64,000 bases of DNA, taken from positions 1 through 64,000 of the forward strand of contig JAPEUD010000058.1 of NCBI GenBank assembly GCA_026026165.1, read 5' to 3'. This document shows, piece by piece, positions 12,005 through 24,906 of this stretch. Source of the DNA: Sarea resinae (lineage: Eukaryota). The notes beneath the pieces were generated by a model. That model was given only the letters and a program-made list of their open reading frames with translations. It ran no database searches and was not told the DNA's origin. Within the stretch, counting starts at the first letter, position 1; each line of letters begins with the position of its first letter. The translations under genes and the position numbers were made by a program.

Positions 12005-12558
12005 GAAAAGGCCTGTCGGAGAGCCGAAAATCAGCCTTGCACAGCGATGTTCATCGACTAGCTCGAACCGACTTACTTATTGGCGATAGCTCTACGAGCT
12101 TGCTACGAGGTCGTGAGGGTCGTTGGAGGGTATTGGGCTCTAGGCTTATGTTGTATTGGTATTCGCGGGGTAGGTCGGTAGGCAGCTCTCGTCAATAATG
12201 ACATCAATTGGTTCAAACTGATGACATTCTATTTCAGTCCTGTCGCTAACACCAACAACATGCTGAACAATCTCGATGTCAGTGTTGACGAATAATCCAT
12301 CAAGCAATTATGATCACTGCATTCTTCAGAAGATACTGAGAGCTTTACGCACTACCTGAAGACGCCAAGAATATCAAAGTTTCTTTCTTATTGTATATGA
12401 ACGACGGGCTCATCTATCAACTGTGTACAGTTCTATACCGCCATATGCCATCATATGAAGATGGTCAAGCCGCCAATAGAAGAATTGTCGAAAAATTTCG
12501 AGCAAAACCCATTCCAGTCCTTTGAAACACCCAAGCGGCAAGCACGCAAGATTGACCT

Positions 12559-15500
12559 TTACTTTCTGAGCTTGACCATGACATATGGAATCTCGACGTC
12601 CTCTTCCGTTTGATCCTCCGCGGTGACTTCGAAAATGACGTTCTTCTGATGTTCCGGGATAGGTTTCTTGCTTACCGTTTCAACAAGCTGGCTCATTCTA
12701 TTACGTTATATCAGCAAAGCATCAATGACTAGGGCGTCGAGATTCTTACTTGAGGGGCAAGCGGTCCTTGACCTTGCTTGGAGGGTAGAAACTAGCATAT
12801 AGTAAGCTCACACCGGAGCTAACCATGGTGACCTCAAGGCCCTTCTCTCGGAAGTCTTTCAAGAAGTCCTGAAGAGGTATGTCGTCCGTCTCGAACCGGT
12901 CCCAAAGCTTGTCAATGGTGACTTCGCCGTGCTTGCCAAGGTACGTGCCTTTGGGACTGGCAATCGGCTCACTGAAACCAAAGAATGGCAGTGCAAGGTT
13001 AACGAAGCCGTTCTTATATTGCTCCAAGTCATCCTTTCCGTCGATGACCTTGAAAAACTCCAGGACGACCAGACCAGTGACAAGAGCGGTAGTCGTAGCG
13101 ATGGCTGGGATAATCTTGCCAGCAATAAATTTGGTTTTATGCCGGTCGGCTGGCGCGATAGTATAATTCTCCGCCCTGAGGTTACTGGCAGCTGTGATGA
13201 AATCGATGTGATGATTTGTATCATCATCTTTCTCAAACTCCACCGGCTCCAGCTTTAGCCCTGCAAACGATTTTGGCGGTGGCAGCGAGGCTGCAAGTTT
13301 CTGGAGCTCAGAACTGTCATCGAAGCCAGTTCCGGGAGTAGCCGCGTTTGGATCTGGCTCGTTATCGTCGGCCTGGATCTTGACGGTCGAACTAGGAGAG
13401 AACTCTGGAATGATCATGCTGTCCATAACTTTCAGATAATGATCTTTCGGGACTCCCCGGCTATTGATGCCATAGTTGAATGCATGGAGGTTGGCACCAG
13501 CAATGACGAATCCGAGATGCGTAGGGTTATTGGGATCAAATTTCAAGGGCTCGGGTGCACGTTTCGGTCCAGACCAGAAGGGCGCACCACTGGCGGTCGT
13601 AGAATCCTTCGGGAAGTTGTAGAGCAGCTGTTGAATGGCATTGTTGTACTGCTTTTCGAACTGTTGGCGAGCCCAGACGATGCAATCGTCAAAGCTGAGG
13701 GGCTTCTCGGTCACGAGGTAGTCCCTAATGTTTTCGAGCGTCTGCTTTTCGTTTCCTGTTTGCTTCAGAGCGGTTTCGAGATAATTGGGCTGCGTCAAGT
13801 ACAGATTGACAGTCTCAGGAGGACCGACAAAGTAAGATTGGAACAGATCCTTCGCCCACGCGATCGTATGCTCAATCTTGTTTGGGAAACTCCTCAGCGT
13901 GCACATTGGGAACGACTGCTCTGGGGGATCTTGAGAGCTCGAGTATGACTCTGTTAGATTTGGTAAGATCACCTGAGTATTGCCCTTGGTACCGAGAGTT
14001 CCGCTTTCCAACAATGGCTTGCGGAAGAAGACACAGCGCCGATCGACATAGGTTCGGGCGTCGACGTTGTCCAGAGCGTTTGTAACCCCATCGAGTTCCT
14101 CCCAGAACTCCTCATTGAAGATATGCTCAGTATCCTGCCCCACGCGATCCTTCAGTGCCACAATCTTGCCCTTTAGATCTGGGTTCATGGCCTGAACAGC
14201 TTGTGCAGCGCAGTCACTCTTGAGCTTTCCCACGTCCTTGGGTCGGAACAAGAACTGTCGGTTGAGGTTACTCTTCTCGATCTGATCCATGTCGGTGACG
14301 ATGATTTTTCCTTTCGGCCCAGTAGCCAATCCAATCATCGCCCAATTCTTGAGCATCTCACAACCGATAGCACCTGCGCCGACCAAGAACTCTTTGACGT
14401 TGGAAATCTTCTCCTGAAACTCTCGCCCAAATACCGCAATCTGTCCATCATAACGGGTGTTAAGGGGCTTGCAGAGCTCCTCGGACCTCTTAGTTGAAGT
14501 GGGAAGAGACTCGAGAGAATCAAAGTAAAGCCATTGGAAGATTGGGTGGAATTTTCCAGACACAGACTTGAGAACTTCTTGAGCAGCAAGTCCACCGAAG
14601 AAAGTAGCCATTGGGCTAAGGTCTCCCCGAGCCTGGTAGCTGAGCTCGCGGAGCAGTTTCTCATCAAGTTCGACTCTATCTTCGCCTTGGCCGGCGAGAC
14701 TCTCTGCGTGTTTGATCACCTCGGCCGCATCTCCATCATGATGCGGTCGAGGAAATTCGCCATTGTGATTTTGCGCAAAGGTGTGCAGGGCCTGGAAACC
14801 AACATGAAGTTGCGCGGGACGGTCAAATTTAGCATAATCGGATATGAGGAATTCTGGTTTCTTCAATTGGGCGGTGAGAGGTTCGAAATCGAGAAATTTT
14901 GGCATTTTGACCTGGGTGTATATGCCGCCACCTCTGTATTGACCAAGGCTAGAGACGTCGCCGATAGAGAAAGTATACGGCCCTGAAAGGATTAGCGACT
15001 CATATTCGAAGCCGGACTCCAGAGCACCTACCTTTGACAGTCACCTTTCGAGGATCGGCATTATTCAAGCCTTCAAGACCTTTGACCTCTGAAAAAGTAA
15101 CGTAGTCGCCATCTTCGAGGCCATGTCGAGTTTCGTCTAGAGCTGAGACTAGCCCGTCCGAGTCGATATCTGCCACAATACCACTGGTGACGGTCTCTCC
15201 ATTTGTGTCCCCAACAGCAAAGTTTTTCCCGAAATCGGTAAAGATGGACCCGAAAAGACCAAACGTATCCGCAATCACCAGATAGATGCCGTGCTCATGA
15301 CAATACTCGGATATGGTGAGCTGATCTTTCAGAGGCGTGGCCGTGAGCACGACAACCTGGTAGCGACTAAGCTGGCTGAGGTTGGAGGTCAGGTTTTCAG
15401 AGGGATGAACTCCGACGGGGGTGTACGGATTGAGCTCGGAGACGCGGGGGGCTGTCACGGTGGCCCGAGGCTTCCCCACATCTTCAGGGTGGAGGAAGAA

Positions 15501-16036
15501 TTGGGAAGAGAGGTCCGAGATCGAGGCTGGGGTGGGATCGTAGAGTGTCAAAGACTTGACACCGGCGAGTGCAACATTCTTAGCTATACAGATAGGTTAG
15601 GATTAATTTGACCGAACAAGAGAGGGGAGGGTACCAATCTCAACTCCAAGGCCCTTTAGCCCTACCACAAGCACGTTTGAAGAACCCATGCGCTTCATCG
15701 CTTCATGGCCCAGCACGTAGCTGAAGGACTCTCAGCGCCCGTTTTCCCGATGGAGGTATGGAGGCACTTACAGTTGCCGACTGTACAGCGACTCGTCAAT
15801 ATCGTCATTCTTGAGCGCTTCGATAGCCTCAGCAGGGCTGTCGACCTGCATCTTTGAATCCTAGACCGAACAAATTAACAACGTAATCGAGACCAGCGAG
15901 GTGCCAGATTGCAAGACCAAGATCGATGTGAACAGCGCCAAATCGTCGTCGGCGGAGCTTCCCGGGCGGTCGCGGGGCAGCCTGCGGCGAGCTTCTGCCA
16001 GGTGCAAAGGGACGTGAAAGAAGCACTCACTGTCAT
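12559..16036 (-). CDS. UBA1: Ubiquitin-activating enzyme E1 (6 exons)
   Basis: [30 protein letters not shown], catalytic [17 protein letters not shown] and [12 protein letters not shown]. Confidence 0.97.
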
Positions 16037-16873
16037 GTTCTTCTTCCCAGGACGAGAGAGGTCCTCGCTCGAAGCTTTCCTTTTGCCCAGCTTGACCGCT
16101 CCCGTGGTTCCAGCGTTGGAGTGAATGGTGAAGATGATGGTAGAGACCCCACGCAGACGGGGTTCAACGACAGAAGCTTAACGAGAGTGCGCCTGACTGG
16201 ATGAGGTCACACTTCACAAGGCTGCGGCGAGGACGCTCGAGTAGAGAACCGTTTCGTGATCAACTGTTGGGTGGTAATTATGAGGGGCTATTTGTGAGAG
16301 AGGCTTGTAATGTATGCGGTTGAGAGTGAGGTCAGTGTACGGAGTATGTATGGGCTGAGCAGCTTAGTGATGGTGGTGGTGGTGGAGCTTGACGCTGGTC
16401 TTGTATGAAACCAATATGCGGCTTGAGATGGTACCTCCATGTACTTTCGTCTTGTATGGAGACAGCGCTGGCAAGTGGACCAAACCAGGTACCACTGCCC
16501 AAGGACGTGTATCAAATATGACATCGGATGGCGAATGGAAGGCTAGCGAATCGAGGATTTATCAGATCGATCAGATCATCAGCATGGAGATTATTAAGAT
16601 TACCAGCACCCAAGAGGAGCAAGACGCCCTCTCAGATTACTGATGAGCGTTGACAGTGCAACAGGTCCCTACTATGCTGTATACCATCGTATTGACTGGT
16701 AAGGGTGCTGGTGAAAATAGATACATGAACGGAGAAGACTCCCTATATGCCCGACTCATGCTCATTGACGTCTGGAAAGGCGCATCTCAAACTTTTGTGC
16801 GTGCTGGAGGACGGGGAATGATATCACTATCACTACTAACGAGCAGAAAGCAAAAAGCCACGCGGAACCTCAT

Positions 16874-19800
16874 CTAATACTTCGTCTCCACCGGTGTACT
16901 GGTCCCTTTGGAAGAGGACATGCTATATGGAGCCTGCATCCACGCCAAAGCAATTAGTACGCATAACATTGCAGCAAAGAATAAGATAAAACTATAAATC
17001 ATACCAGCGCTCTCTTCGCATTGCATATTCGCCACGCTAGATTCTTGACGTTGCCATCGGCTCGAACGACCTCAGGAGCGAACTCGATACCGAACCTAAA
17101 TGGACATGGATAAGCTCATAACTACAGAGATGAGACCAAACAGGACTTACATCATATGAACGGCGAAGACAACTCTCTTGGCGTATTTCTCGTCTCGGTC
17201 GACTAGACTGCCAAAGCTTTCGCTGACGCTGTTCGGTGCGATATCTGGGTCCCGATCGAAGCAGTTCCGCACTACCGGAAGTAACGCCTGTTCTACTGCG
17301 CCCCTGATCAATCCGTTCGAGTCGACTTCAACGTCTTCTTCGTCAAAACGAGCTATGCGCACTTCAAAAGGTAGCGAGATGGCCATGACGTTGTGCTTGC
17401 CGTCGTGGTGATACCGGAACTCAAACACGCCCTGCGTCCACCACAACTTGTCGCCTTCAAAGACCATTTCGCCCGTGAGATAATCTTGGGATTCGCCGTC
17501 GGTTCGCTGCGAACCCGAGACTCGCACGTTGCCGACCAGTATGCCCTTGTCTGCTTGAAGAGAGTCGTACTCGCCTTCGTTTGTGGCAATCCAGCGTCCA
17601 GCGGAACTGACCCGCGTCACGTCTCGCGATGCATTGTCCGCGACCATGTACAAACCGATCCAGTCCTTTTTGCTGTGGTGCAGAGGTGCCCTCCACGTAA
17701 CCTTGATAGGCGCTCCGTACTCGAACATCAAAGTTCGGAAGTCGCTTCTCCTTTCTAGAGGATGTCTAGCCACCTCTCCTTCTTTGCCACTCGTCTTTTC
17801 CGACGCCGCCAGCGTTGATGAAGCCGTGCCTTCGATCTCGAGCGAGTAGTCTTTCGGATCGAAACCAGCAAGATCTGGCGCCAGTCGCGTGATGCTGATA
17901 CGTGTTGGATGTTTGAAGAGCGATGTCGAGTCTTTGACAAACATGCCGACGCCTGCAGCCAACTTGGGTCGAGCTGAGTCGATGATATCTTCGACAAACT
18001 CAACCGTCTCATCAAACATTCGATCCATGCTTCCCTGCCAACTCATCAGAGGCGGAGGTAACGACCGCTTGAGACTCTTGACCAGGCCCGAGTCCTGTCG
18101 GAGACTTCGTCCATACAGTCTCTGCATATGTGGTCGCTCGACGAAATGAATGAACGCTAGGGTGAGGGCGTGGCTTAGTAGTGCAAGGAAGAAGATGGCA
18201 CGGCTGCCCGTGATCAACGTCGCGCCCCATAGCCCGGCCGTCCCAAGGAAACGCTCTGGGTTGTTCAAGAAGCGGTAGATGCCGCTGTAAGTCAGCTTGG
18301 TCCCCTGGTCAAAGAAGAAGTCTCCAAAGAACCATCCGAACTCGCCCAGGGAATCGTAGATGCTGATGGCCGTCCAAGCTTGAAGAGCAACCAGCGCGAC
18401 ACCGATGACGTGCTTCAGTAAAACCAGACCATACCCCCAGTCTGGCGGCAACGAGTACATCTTCCATGACGCCGCTACGAAGCTGGCATAGCACATGATC
18501 ATACTGAGATGATAGATGCCCTTCCATTGCCGCCATGCTTCTTCGGTGCTGTCACCAAACTTGACAAAGTGACGCGTCCATGTCTTCTTGTGGGACTGGC
18601 GGTTCAAGACGAAGCCAAGACCGACCGAATACCATAGCCGCCAGACTAGTGCGTTCAATACAAATAGAGATTGGTAGAGCCGCGTCGATGGCGTCAGGAT
18701 GGCCAGGGCGAACATGTAGAGTTGAAGTAGAACGACTGACGTATCGATCACTCGGAAGGGATCTAGATTCTGAATCCCCAAGAGATTGTGTACGAGAGAT
18801 GGCTGAGTGGTCGTTGGCAATAGCGGGTCGTCGATGCTATCGTTTTCAACAATTTGCGCAGCCAAGTGGGCACTATTATCGGACTGAGTTGCAGATCTCT
18901 TCCGTGGAGGCGGTGGGTTATACGTCTTGTCGATGTGGGGATTCTCAACGAAGACCAAGAATGCAAATTGGGCCGCATGAGCAATCATGGAGATGAACAA
19001 AACCTTGTAGCTTGCTGCCATGAGCGAGATACCGTAATATCCGGCATATCCCACCGAGTACATTGGATGAGGCGCCATCTCAAAGACGCCATCAAAAGTA
19101 AGCTCTTGGTCTATGAGATAGAAGAAATCTCCCCAATACCAGGCGTAGTCTTTGACCACCCTGTGCGCGTCGAGCTTCACCCAGAGATTGAACACGACCA
19201 GCATCAATCCACCCAGCCAGCGAGCGAGCGTCATCACGATGTTCTCCCCGGCCGGACGACCCCAACATGCTATCGAAAAACAGCAATAGGAGACGAAATC
19301 GCACATCAGGATCAAGTCCACGACCCTCCTGAAGACCAGCCAGGTGTTGTATTCCAGAGGCGCTTCCTCGAACTTGTAGTCCTTTGGGATTTTCGTCTCC
19401 ATCTCGCGTTTCAAGAGCTTGTACACTTGCGGGTAGGGGTTGTTGCCCGAAGCAGGGTTCTCGAAGATTTTCGACTTCTTCGCCCATTTCACCAGACGTT
19501 TATGATACGATTGGATCTGTAGCAGATATCCAATGCCGACGTTGTAGCAAGCACGCCAAAAGAGGAAGACGGCGGCATATATCGGCACTCGTAGTGACGA
19601 GGGCAGGGCATAGAGTCCGTAGAGGTGTAAAGCAAGCACCGCGAGAACGCAGATATCGGATATATTCTTCGGTTGAGAGGGCGACAATAGTTGTGATACC
19701 ATGTCCTCGGTATGCGGAACGGTGAAGACTGGAAGCTCAATCAGCCACGGCTCGGCGAACGCCCGTGAGATGCGAGGGCCACTCTGGTGACCGAATACTC

Positions 19801-19983
19801 ACCCGTGCCATCCGGCGTTCTGCCAAAGGTCCTCTTCAGCGATTCATCTTTGCCATTGTCCTCGGCCGCGTTCAACGATTGTACGGTCTCTTTGGCCGCT
19901 CGAGAAGACCCGGCCTGGCGAGGCAGCCGCTCACGAAGTTCATTGCCGTCCGGGCTTTCGCCGTGCGGGGAATTGAGGCTCAT
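16874..19983 (-). CDS. CHO2: Phosphatidylethanolamine N-methyltransferase (4 exons)
   Basis: [59 protein letters not shown] and [10 protein letters not shown]. Confidence 0.95.
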
Positions 19984-20939
19984 CTTGATGGCAGCCCCAA
20001 TCGGCAGTGGCTCGGATCAGGTGCGATATGTCAATTGCAGAGCAAAGATGAGACACCGGGTAGCGGTGATCTTGATTGATCTATCGGTCGGGTACAAGAA
20101 GGGCGAGATGGGGATCAATTGACAAACGGGGTGTGAGGTGCTGCACTTGGCCGAGCCATTGGCGGGGAACACGGTGGCTCCTCAATTGATGGTTTCTTCT
20201 GGCGGTGGTGGAGAGGGAAGACGGGCGTGCAGGAGACTACGAGTCGATGAACGAGAGGGCAATGGGCGTGGTGGGAGAGTCGAGAGTCAACAGAGAAGGT
20301 ACTAGCGAAGAGGAAGAACATGGACGACGAGGTATAGAAGATGGCGTCTGTCGAGGAGGACCGACGTGCCATGCCTCCTCCACCACTCGGTCGAACACCA
20401 ATTGAGCCCTAGGAGCGAGGAGACCGACGAGCGATCACATGCTTGCGATGGTGCTCGAATTCGAACGCAATGAAAAGGTCAAAAGGGTCCGGCATTAGCA
20501 TTGCAGCAGTATTGCAGCAGTGGGCCCGTCCATTGCCCACTGTCCCCCCATGGCCCTCTGGCGTCGACGCTTGACCCGACCCAGTACTCTCTCCACATGA
20601 CGTGCCGCCTCAGGCCGTCAACTACTACGTAGTACTACGTAGTATCTACTCTGTAGTACTGTACTATGTACTTCGTAGTACTCTACCGCCCTGCTCTGGG
20701 TGATTCAATGTTGCGAGCCCATGCCCGCCGACGACAATGCAGACAAAAGACGTCGCATGATCGACCCTGGCAGAATCTGCACAGTTCCCCTTTCCCCTGT
20801 CGAGGGCGATGCCGATCATCTGCAAATCGCACGTGCAGTCGGTGCCGTGCACACAAGCCAACACAAGCCAACACAAGCCAATCGACTCGTTGCGTCGGCG
20901 CGGTGCGAAGTATCTGGCGGATGCTGCTGGACCCTCCCC

Positions 20940-20974
20940 CAAGCACCCCAAGCACCCCAAGCACCCCAAGCACC
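20940..20974. repeat. Tandem 9-mer (CAAGCACCC) x4
   Basis: Directly visible in the CHO2-NBP35 intergenic region. Confidence 0.85.
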
Positions 20975-21425
20975 ATGCCCATTCCGCCCATTCGAGATGC
21001 CCGGTGGCTTCTGCGCCCCTTCGCATGCCCCGTCTCTTCCCCTTCGAGCAGGTACTCCGAACAGCCCGAGGGCCGTGGAGATGCCGGCCGAACGAATTGA
21101 GACGCGGTAAAGGGTCGAGAAAGAAGCGAGGTCACGGGATGTCGACGTATTGTCGACCAAGGCGTTACCCGGTGATCGCCACCCCCAACTGCCCCTCCAT
21201 TATCATCCACTCGATTATCAATCAGTGAGATCGTGCTGCCATGGTACTGCCGACTGCTCTTCAATCCGAGCACTTCCAACCTTTTCCAGTTCGGCCACAT
21301 TTCTACCGACTGTCTAGCTAGCCATCACCGATCATTATCGAATCTCTCGGTGGGAGGACACCAAGAAGTTGATCGCGGATCATTCTCTTGTCGTCTTTCT
21401 CCCTCGCCACATAAAAACCCCCACC

Positions 21426-22463
21426 ATGGCGCCCTCTCTCGAAGTCGAAGAGCCCACCGCCGTCGACATGTCGGCACCCCTCAAGAACCCTCCCAAGCTC
21501 GTCGCCCCCGAGCCCGAACACTGCCCTGGCCCCGCCTCCGACCAAGCCGGCCTCAACGACGCCTGCGCCGGCTGTCCGAACCAGAAAATCTGCGCCTCGG
21601 CGCCCAAGGGCCCAGACCCCGACATCCCCCTCATCACGGCCCGGCTGGCGTCCATCAAACACAAGATCCTGATCTTGTCTGGCAAAGGCGGAGTGGGCAA
21701 ATCGACCTTTACGACCATGTTCGCGCACGCGCTGGCCTCGAACCCGGACTCGCAGGTCGCCATCATGGACACGGACATCTGCGGGCCGTCGATCCCGAAG
21801 ATGATGGGGGTCGAGGACGAGAGCATCCACATCTCGAACGCGGGCTGGTCGCCCGTCTGGGTGGCCGACAACCTCGGCGTCATGAGCGTGCAGTTCATGC
21901 TGCCGGGCCGCGACGACGCCGTCATCTGGCGCGGGCCCAAGAAGAACGGCCTCATCAAGCAATTCCTCAAGGACGTCGAGTGGGGCGAGCTGGACTTTTT
22001 GCTCGTTGACACGCCGCCCGGCACCTCGGACGAGCACCTGAGCGTGAACTCGTACCTCAAGGAGTCGGGCGTCGACGGCGCCGTGCTGCTCACCACACCC
22101 CAAGAAGTCGCCCTGCTCGACGTGCGCAAGGAGATTGACTTTTGCCGCAAGGCCGGCATCCGCGTCCTCGGCCTGGTCGAGAACATGTCCGGCTTCGTGT
22201 GCCCGAAATGCGCGCACCAGTCGCTGATCTTCAAGCCGACGACGGGCGGCGCCAGGAAACTAGCCGCCGAGACTGGAGTCCCCTATCTGGGCGCCGTGCC
22301 GCTGGATCCTCGCATCGGCATGGCTTGTGATTACGGCGAGAGCTTCTTTGACAGTTTCGCCGATAGTCCTGCGTGCCGAGCCTTGAAGGGGGTGGTCAAG
22401 CGCGTGGCCGAGGAGTTGGGCTTGGAGAGCGACGACGTCTTGGCTGAAGAGGTAGAGTCGTGA
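21426..22463 (+). CDS. NBP35: Cytosolic Fe-S cluster assembly factor Nbp35 (P-loop NTPase)
   Basis: N-terminal [13 protein letters not shown] cluster motif (distinguishes it from Cfd1); [31 protein letters not shown]; ccaccATGg context. Confidence 0.96.
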   Translation: MAPSLEVEEPTAVDMSAPLKNPPKLVAPEPEHCPGPASDQAGLNDACAGCPNQKICASAPKGPDPDIPLITARLASIKHKILILSGKGGVGKSTFTTMFAHALASNPDSQVAIMDTDICGPSIPKMMGVEDESIHISNAGWSPVWVADNLGVMSVQFMLPGRDDAVIWRGPKKNGLIKQFLKDVEWGELDFLLVDTPPGTSDEHLSVNSYLKESGVDGAVLLTTPQEVALLDVRKEIDFCRKAGIRVLGLVENMSGFVCPKCAHQSLIFKPTTGGARKLAAETGVPYLGAVPLDPRIGMACDYGESFFDSFADSPACRALKGVVKRVAEELGLESDDVLAEEVES

Positions 22464-23344
22464 GCCTTTTGAGTCTTGAGTCTTGAGTCAACGAGCTTCA
22501 AGATCCGGACGCAGCGATTCTCCCCTTGGTTCATACATTCATCCCAGCTCCAGCAGCCACACACCCTCGCATTTACCTACCATTTCACCTCACCGTTTAT
22601 GTTCTCTGCCATCGTTCTTCGTTCTTCTGGATCCGGCGTTTATCTTGCGCATTTTCGCATCTCCATCCGCAGTACATCTAGTCGGCATCTTTCCTCTTTC
22701 CGCTTTCACCTCTCACCTTTACCTCTATCCTCATCTTCATCTTTTATCCCCCCCCCCCCCTCCCCTCCCTCGCTCGCCATACCTTACCCCACCCCACCTC
22801 ACGATACCTTCCCTACCATTTCTCATCTCGGCTTGCTCGAGCCAGGAGTCTAGGAAAAAGCTAGATTAAGCCGCAAGCATCTACGATCAAGCAATCATTT
22901 AGCCTGGTATGGCATGGCATGGCAACGGCGTTGATCATTTTCATTTTCATTTTCATTCTGATTCTCATTCTCGTTCCATAATCCCGGTCATCCCGTAGAC
23001 GGACGGAAAAGTCGAGTCTTCTGTATCTATATCCGTCTTTCTCACTTCCCACTCCCACTCTCACTCTCACTCTCACTCTCATTCCCACTTCTCACTCTCT
23101 CACCCTCTCTCAGCTAAAACCTAAGACCTAGAAGAAGAAAGAAATGCAGTCAAAAAGGGCCTATTTCCCCTAAATTCCATCTCGACAGGATTCTCTTGCC
23201 GGAGCACAGGATTCGGATTCGGATTCAGCGTCTCTTGAGCTTGATTTAGGTTGGCTTAGCTTACTAGATATGAAGATATGAAGATATGAATGTGTGGATA
23301 TGTGGATATATGAAAACAGACGTGTAGCTGTGTAGTTGTAGCTG

Positions 23345-23347
<3 letters not shown>

Positions 23348-23378
<31 letters not shown>
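23348..23378. repeat. (GA)n microsatellite
   Basis: About 15 GA units; the flanking 22.7-23.5 kb is rich in other simple repeats. Confidence 0.95.
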
Positions 23379-23384
<6 letters not shown>

Positions 23385-23490
23385 ACGTACTCATACGGTA
23401 CGCACATCGACCATACCAACCTACTCCATACTCGTCGTTCCTCTTCCCTTCTTCCCTTCTCCCCTTCGGCCCCCTCTTCCCTGTCCGCCT

Positions 23491-24267
23491 TCAAAGCCAG
23501 CAAAACCCGAACCGCAAACCGCAAACCGCAGATCCCATAATCGCAAAACCCCCCGGCATCGGAAAGGCCAACGGGAGAACCGGAGAGGTCGTGCAATACC
23601 AGGGGCGTTGTAGAGATGAGAGCTGGTTTGCGAATGTCATGGGGTCTCCTCCTGGTGCCATATTGCTGCTGGCTGTCTGTACTTGTGATGGCAGCGGCAA
23701 CGGGAAGGCGGCGAGTGGGAAGCTCGTTGCCATTCCGAAATTCATACCCGCATTGACATCCCTGCTCCCCCTTGGATTCCTATCACCAAGTCCTCCCCTA
23801 TATGAACGCGGTGGCGGTAGCTGAAGGTGATGGTGGTATTTGACGACCTCCCCGCCCCTATCCCAGCCCAAGTCTATCGCAGGCTGTTCATAGTCTCCGG
23901 CCAACTGGTAGAGTCCAAGTTGTTGCAGTCTCGTGTTGACGCTGTTCAGATTAGCCAAAAAGGCCTTCTCTTGCTGCTGGGCTTGTTTGGTGGAATTGAG
24001 CACCCGGTGGTATTCGAGTTCAAGCTGTTTGCAGGTCTGACATGAGAGATATCGGTGCCGCTCTTGGAATTGTGGATCTGGATGAGCATGAGGCTGGAGT
24101 GGAGGATGATGCCCCTCAAGTTTGGAAGCGATCTCGTTGAGACGCTCGATCAAGCGCTTGGATCTGTTGATTTGCTTGAAAAGGTTCCCAAGAAGGTAAT
24201 CACGTTCAAGATGGAAAGAGATAAGCTCCTGTCGGTGGTAGAAAGCCGTGGGAAATGAATCTGCCAT
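23491..24267 (-). CDS. Hypothetical protein with predicted helical/coiled-coil N-terminal half
   Basis: 258-aa ORF, aacgttATGg context, heptad-like helices; no recognised domain. Confidence 0.6.
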   Translation of the reverse strand: MADSFPTAFYHRQELISFHLERDYLLGNLFKQINRSKRLIERLNEIASKLEGHHPPLQPHAHPDPQFQERHRYLSCQTCKQLELEYHRVLNSTKQAQQQEKAFLANLNSVNTRLQQLGLYQLAGDYEQPAIDLGWDRGGEVVKYHHHLQLPPPRSYRGGLGDRNPRGSRDVNAGMNFGMATSFPLAAFPLPLPSQVQTASSNMAPGGDPMTFANQLSSLQRPWYCTTSPVLPLAFPMPGGFAIMGSAVCGLRFGFCWL

Positions 24268-24906
24268 AACGTTGCTGTTGGCAATACCAGTTCTGCTAAT
24301 ATCGAAATATTTTGCTATGATGTTCTCGCAGTAAAGCTAATGAGGGACGTGTTAAAGTTCCCTGGTTGATCACGATGAGTAGGATTCAAAGAAGCGATAA
24401 TAAGACGCAAAGAGGCCTTGTCTGCATTTGTCTGAGATACACTCCAGCTGATCGCCGTTTTGGGGAAGATGGACAGAGACTAGTCCGACTTCTTACTTCC
24501 TCGGAAGCAATGTGGCTGTAGGTCGAATCTATTGATGAAAGTGTAGATCTCTGGTGATAAAGGTCAGTAGATTGTGTGATCATCATAAGTAGATTTTGAT
24601 TGATATTCACAAAATGCAAGAAAGGCGAATTCCAGCCGGTGATTTCAGTACGATAATTCATTTTCTGCATAGTCATTATTCATAAATAGGCGGACGATAT
24701 TGGTCGCGTGTTGGAACAAAGGGAATTATTCCTCAATCCACAGACGTCAGTGCTGTTCCGGCAGAACCCCAAGCAGAATGCTTTAGACAAAGAACCTGAG
24801 CAGTACAAGCTGCGGGGTGTATAACTCGAGTTGGACAGACTTGGGCAAAGGCTTTACCATCCAAGGTAGCGTTAGCTTTGAAGACGGAAGCAAAGATAAA
24901 AGACGT

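Noticed and set aside
21233..22234. Long antisense and alternative-frame ORFs over NBP35 (also over GCP4, MCM6 and CHO2)
   Set aside because: Explained by high GC3 suppressing stops in other frames; the translations have no recognisable motifs
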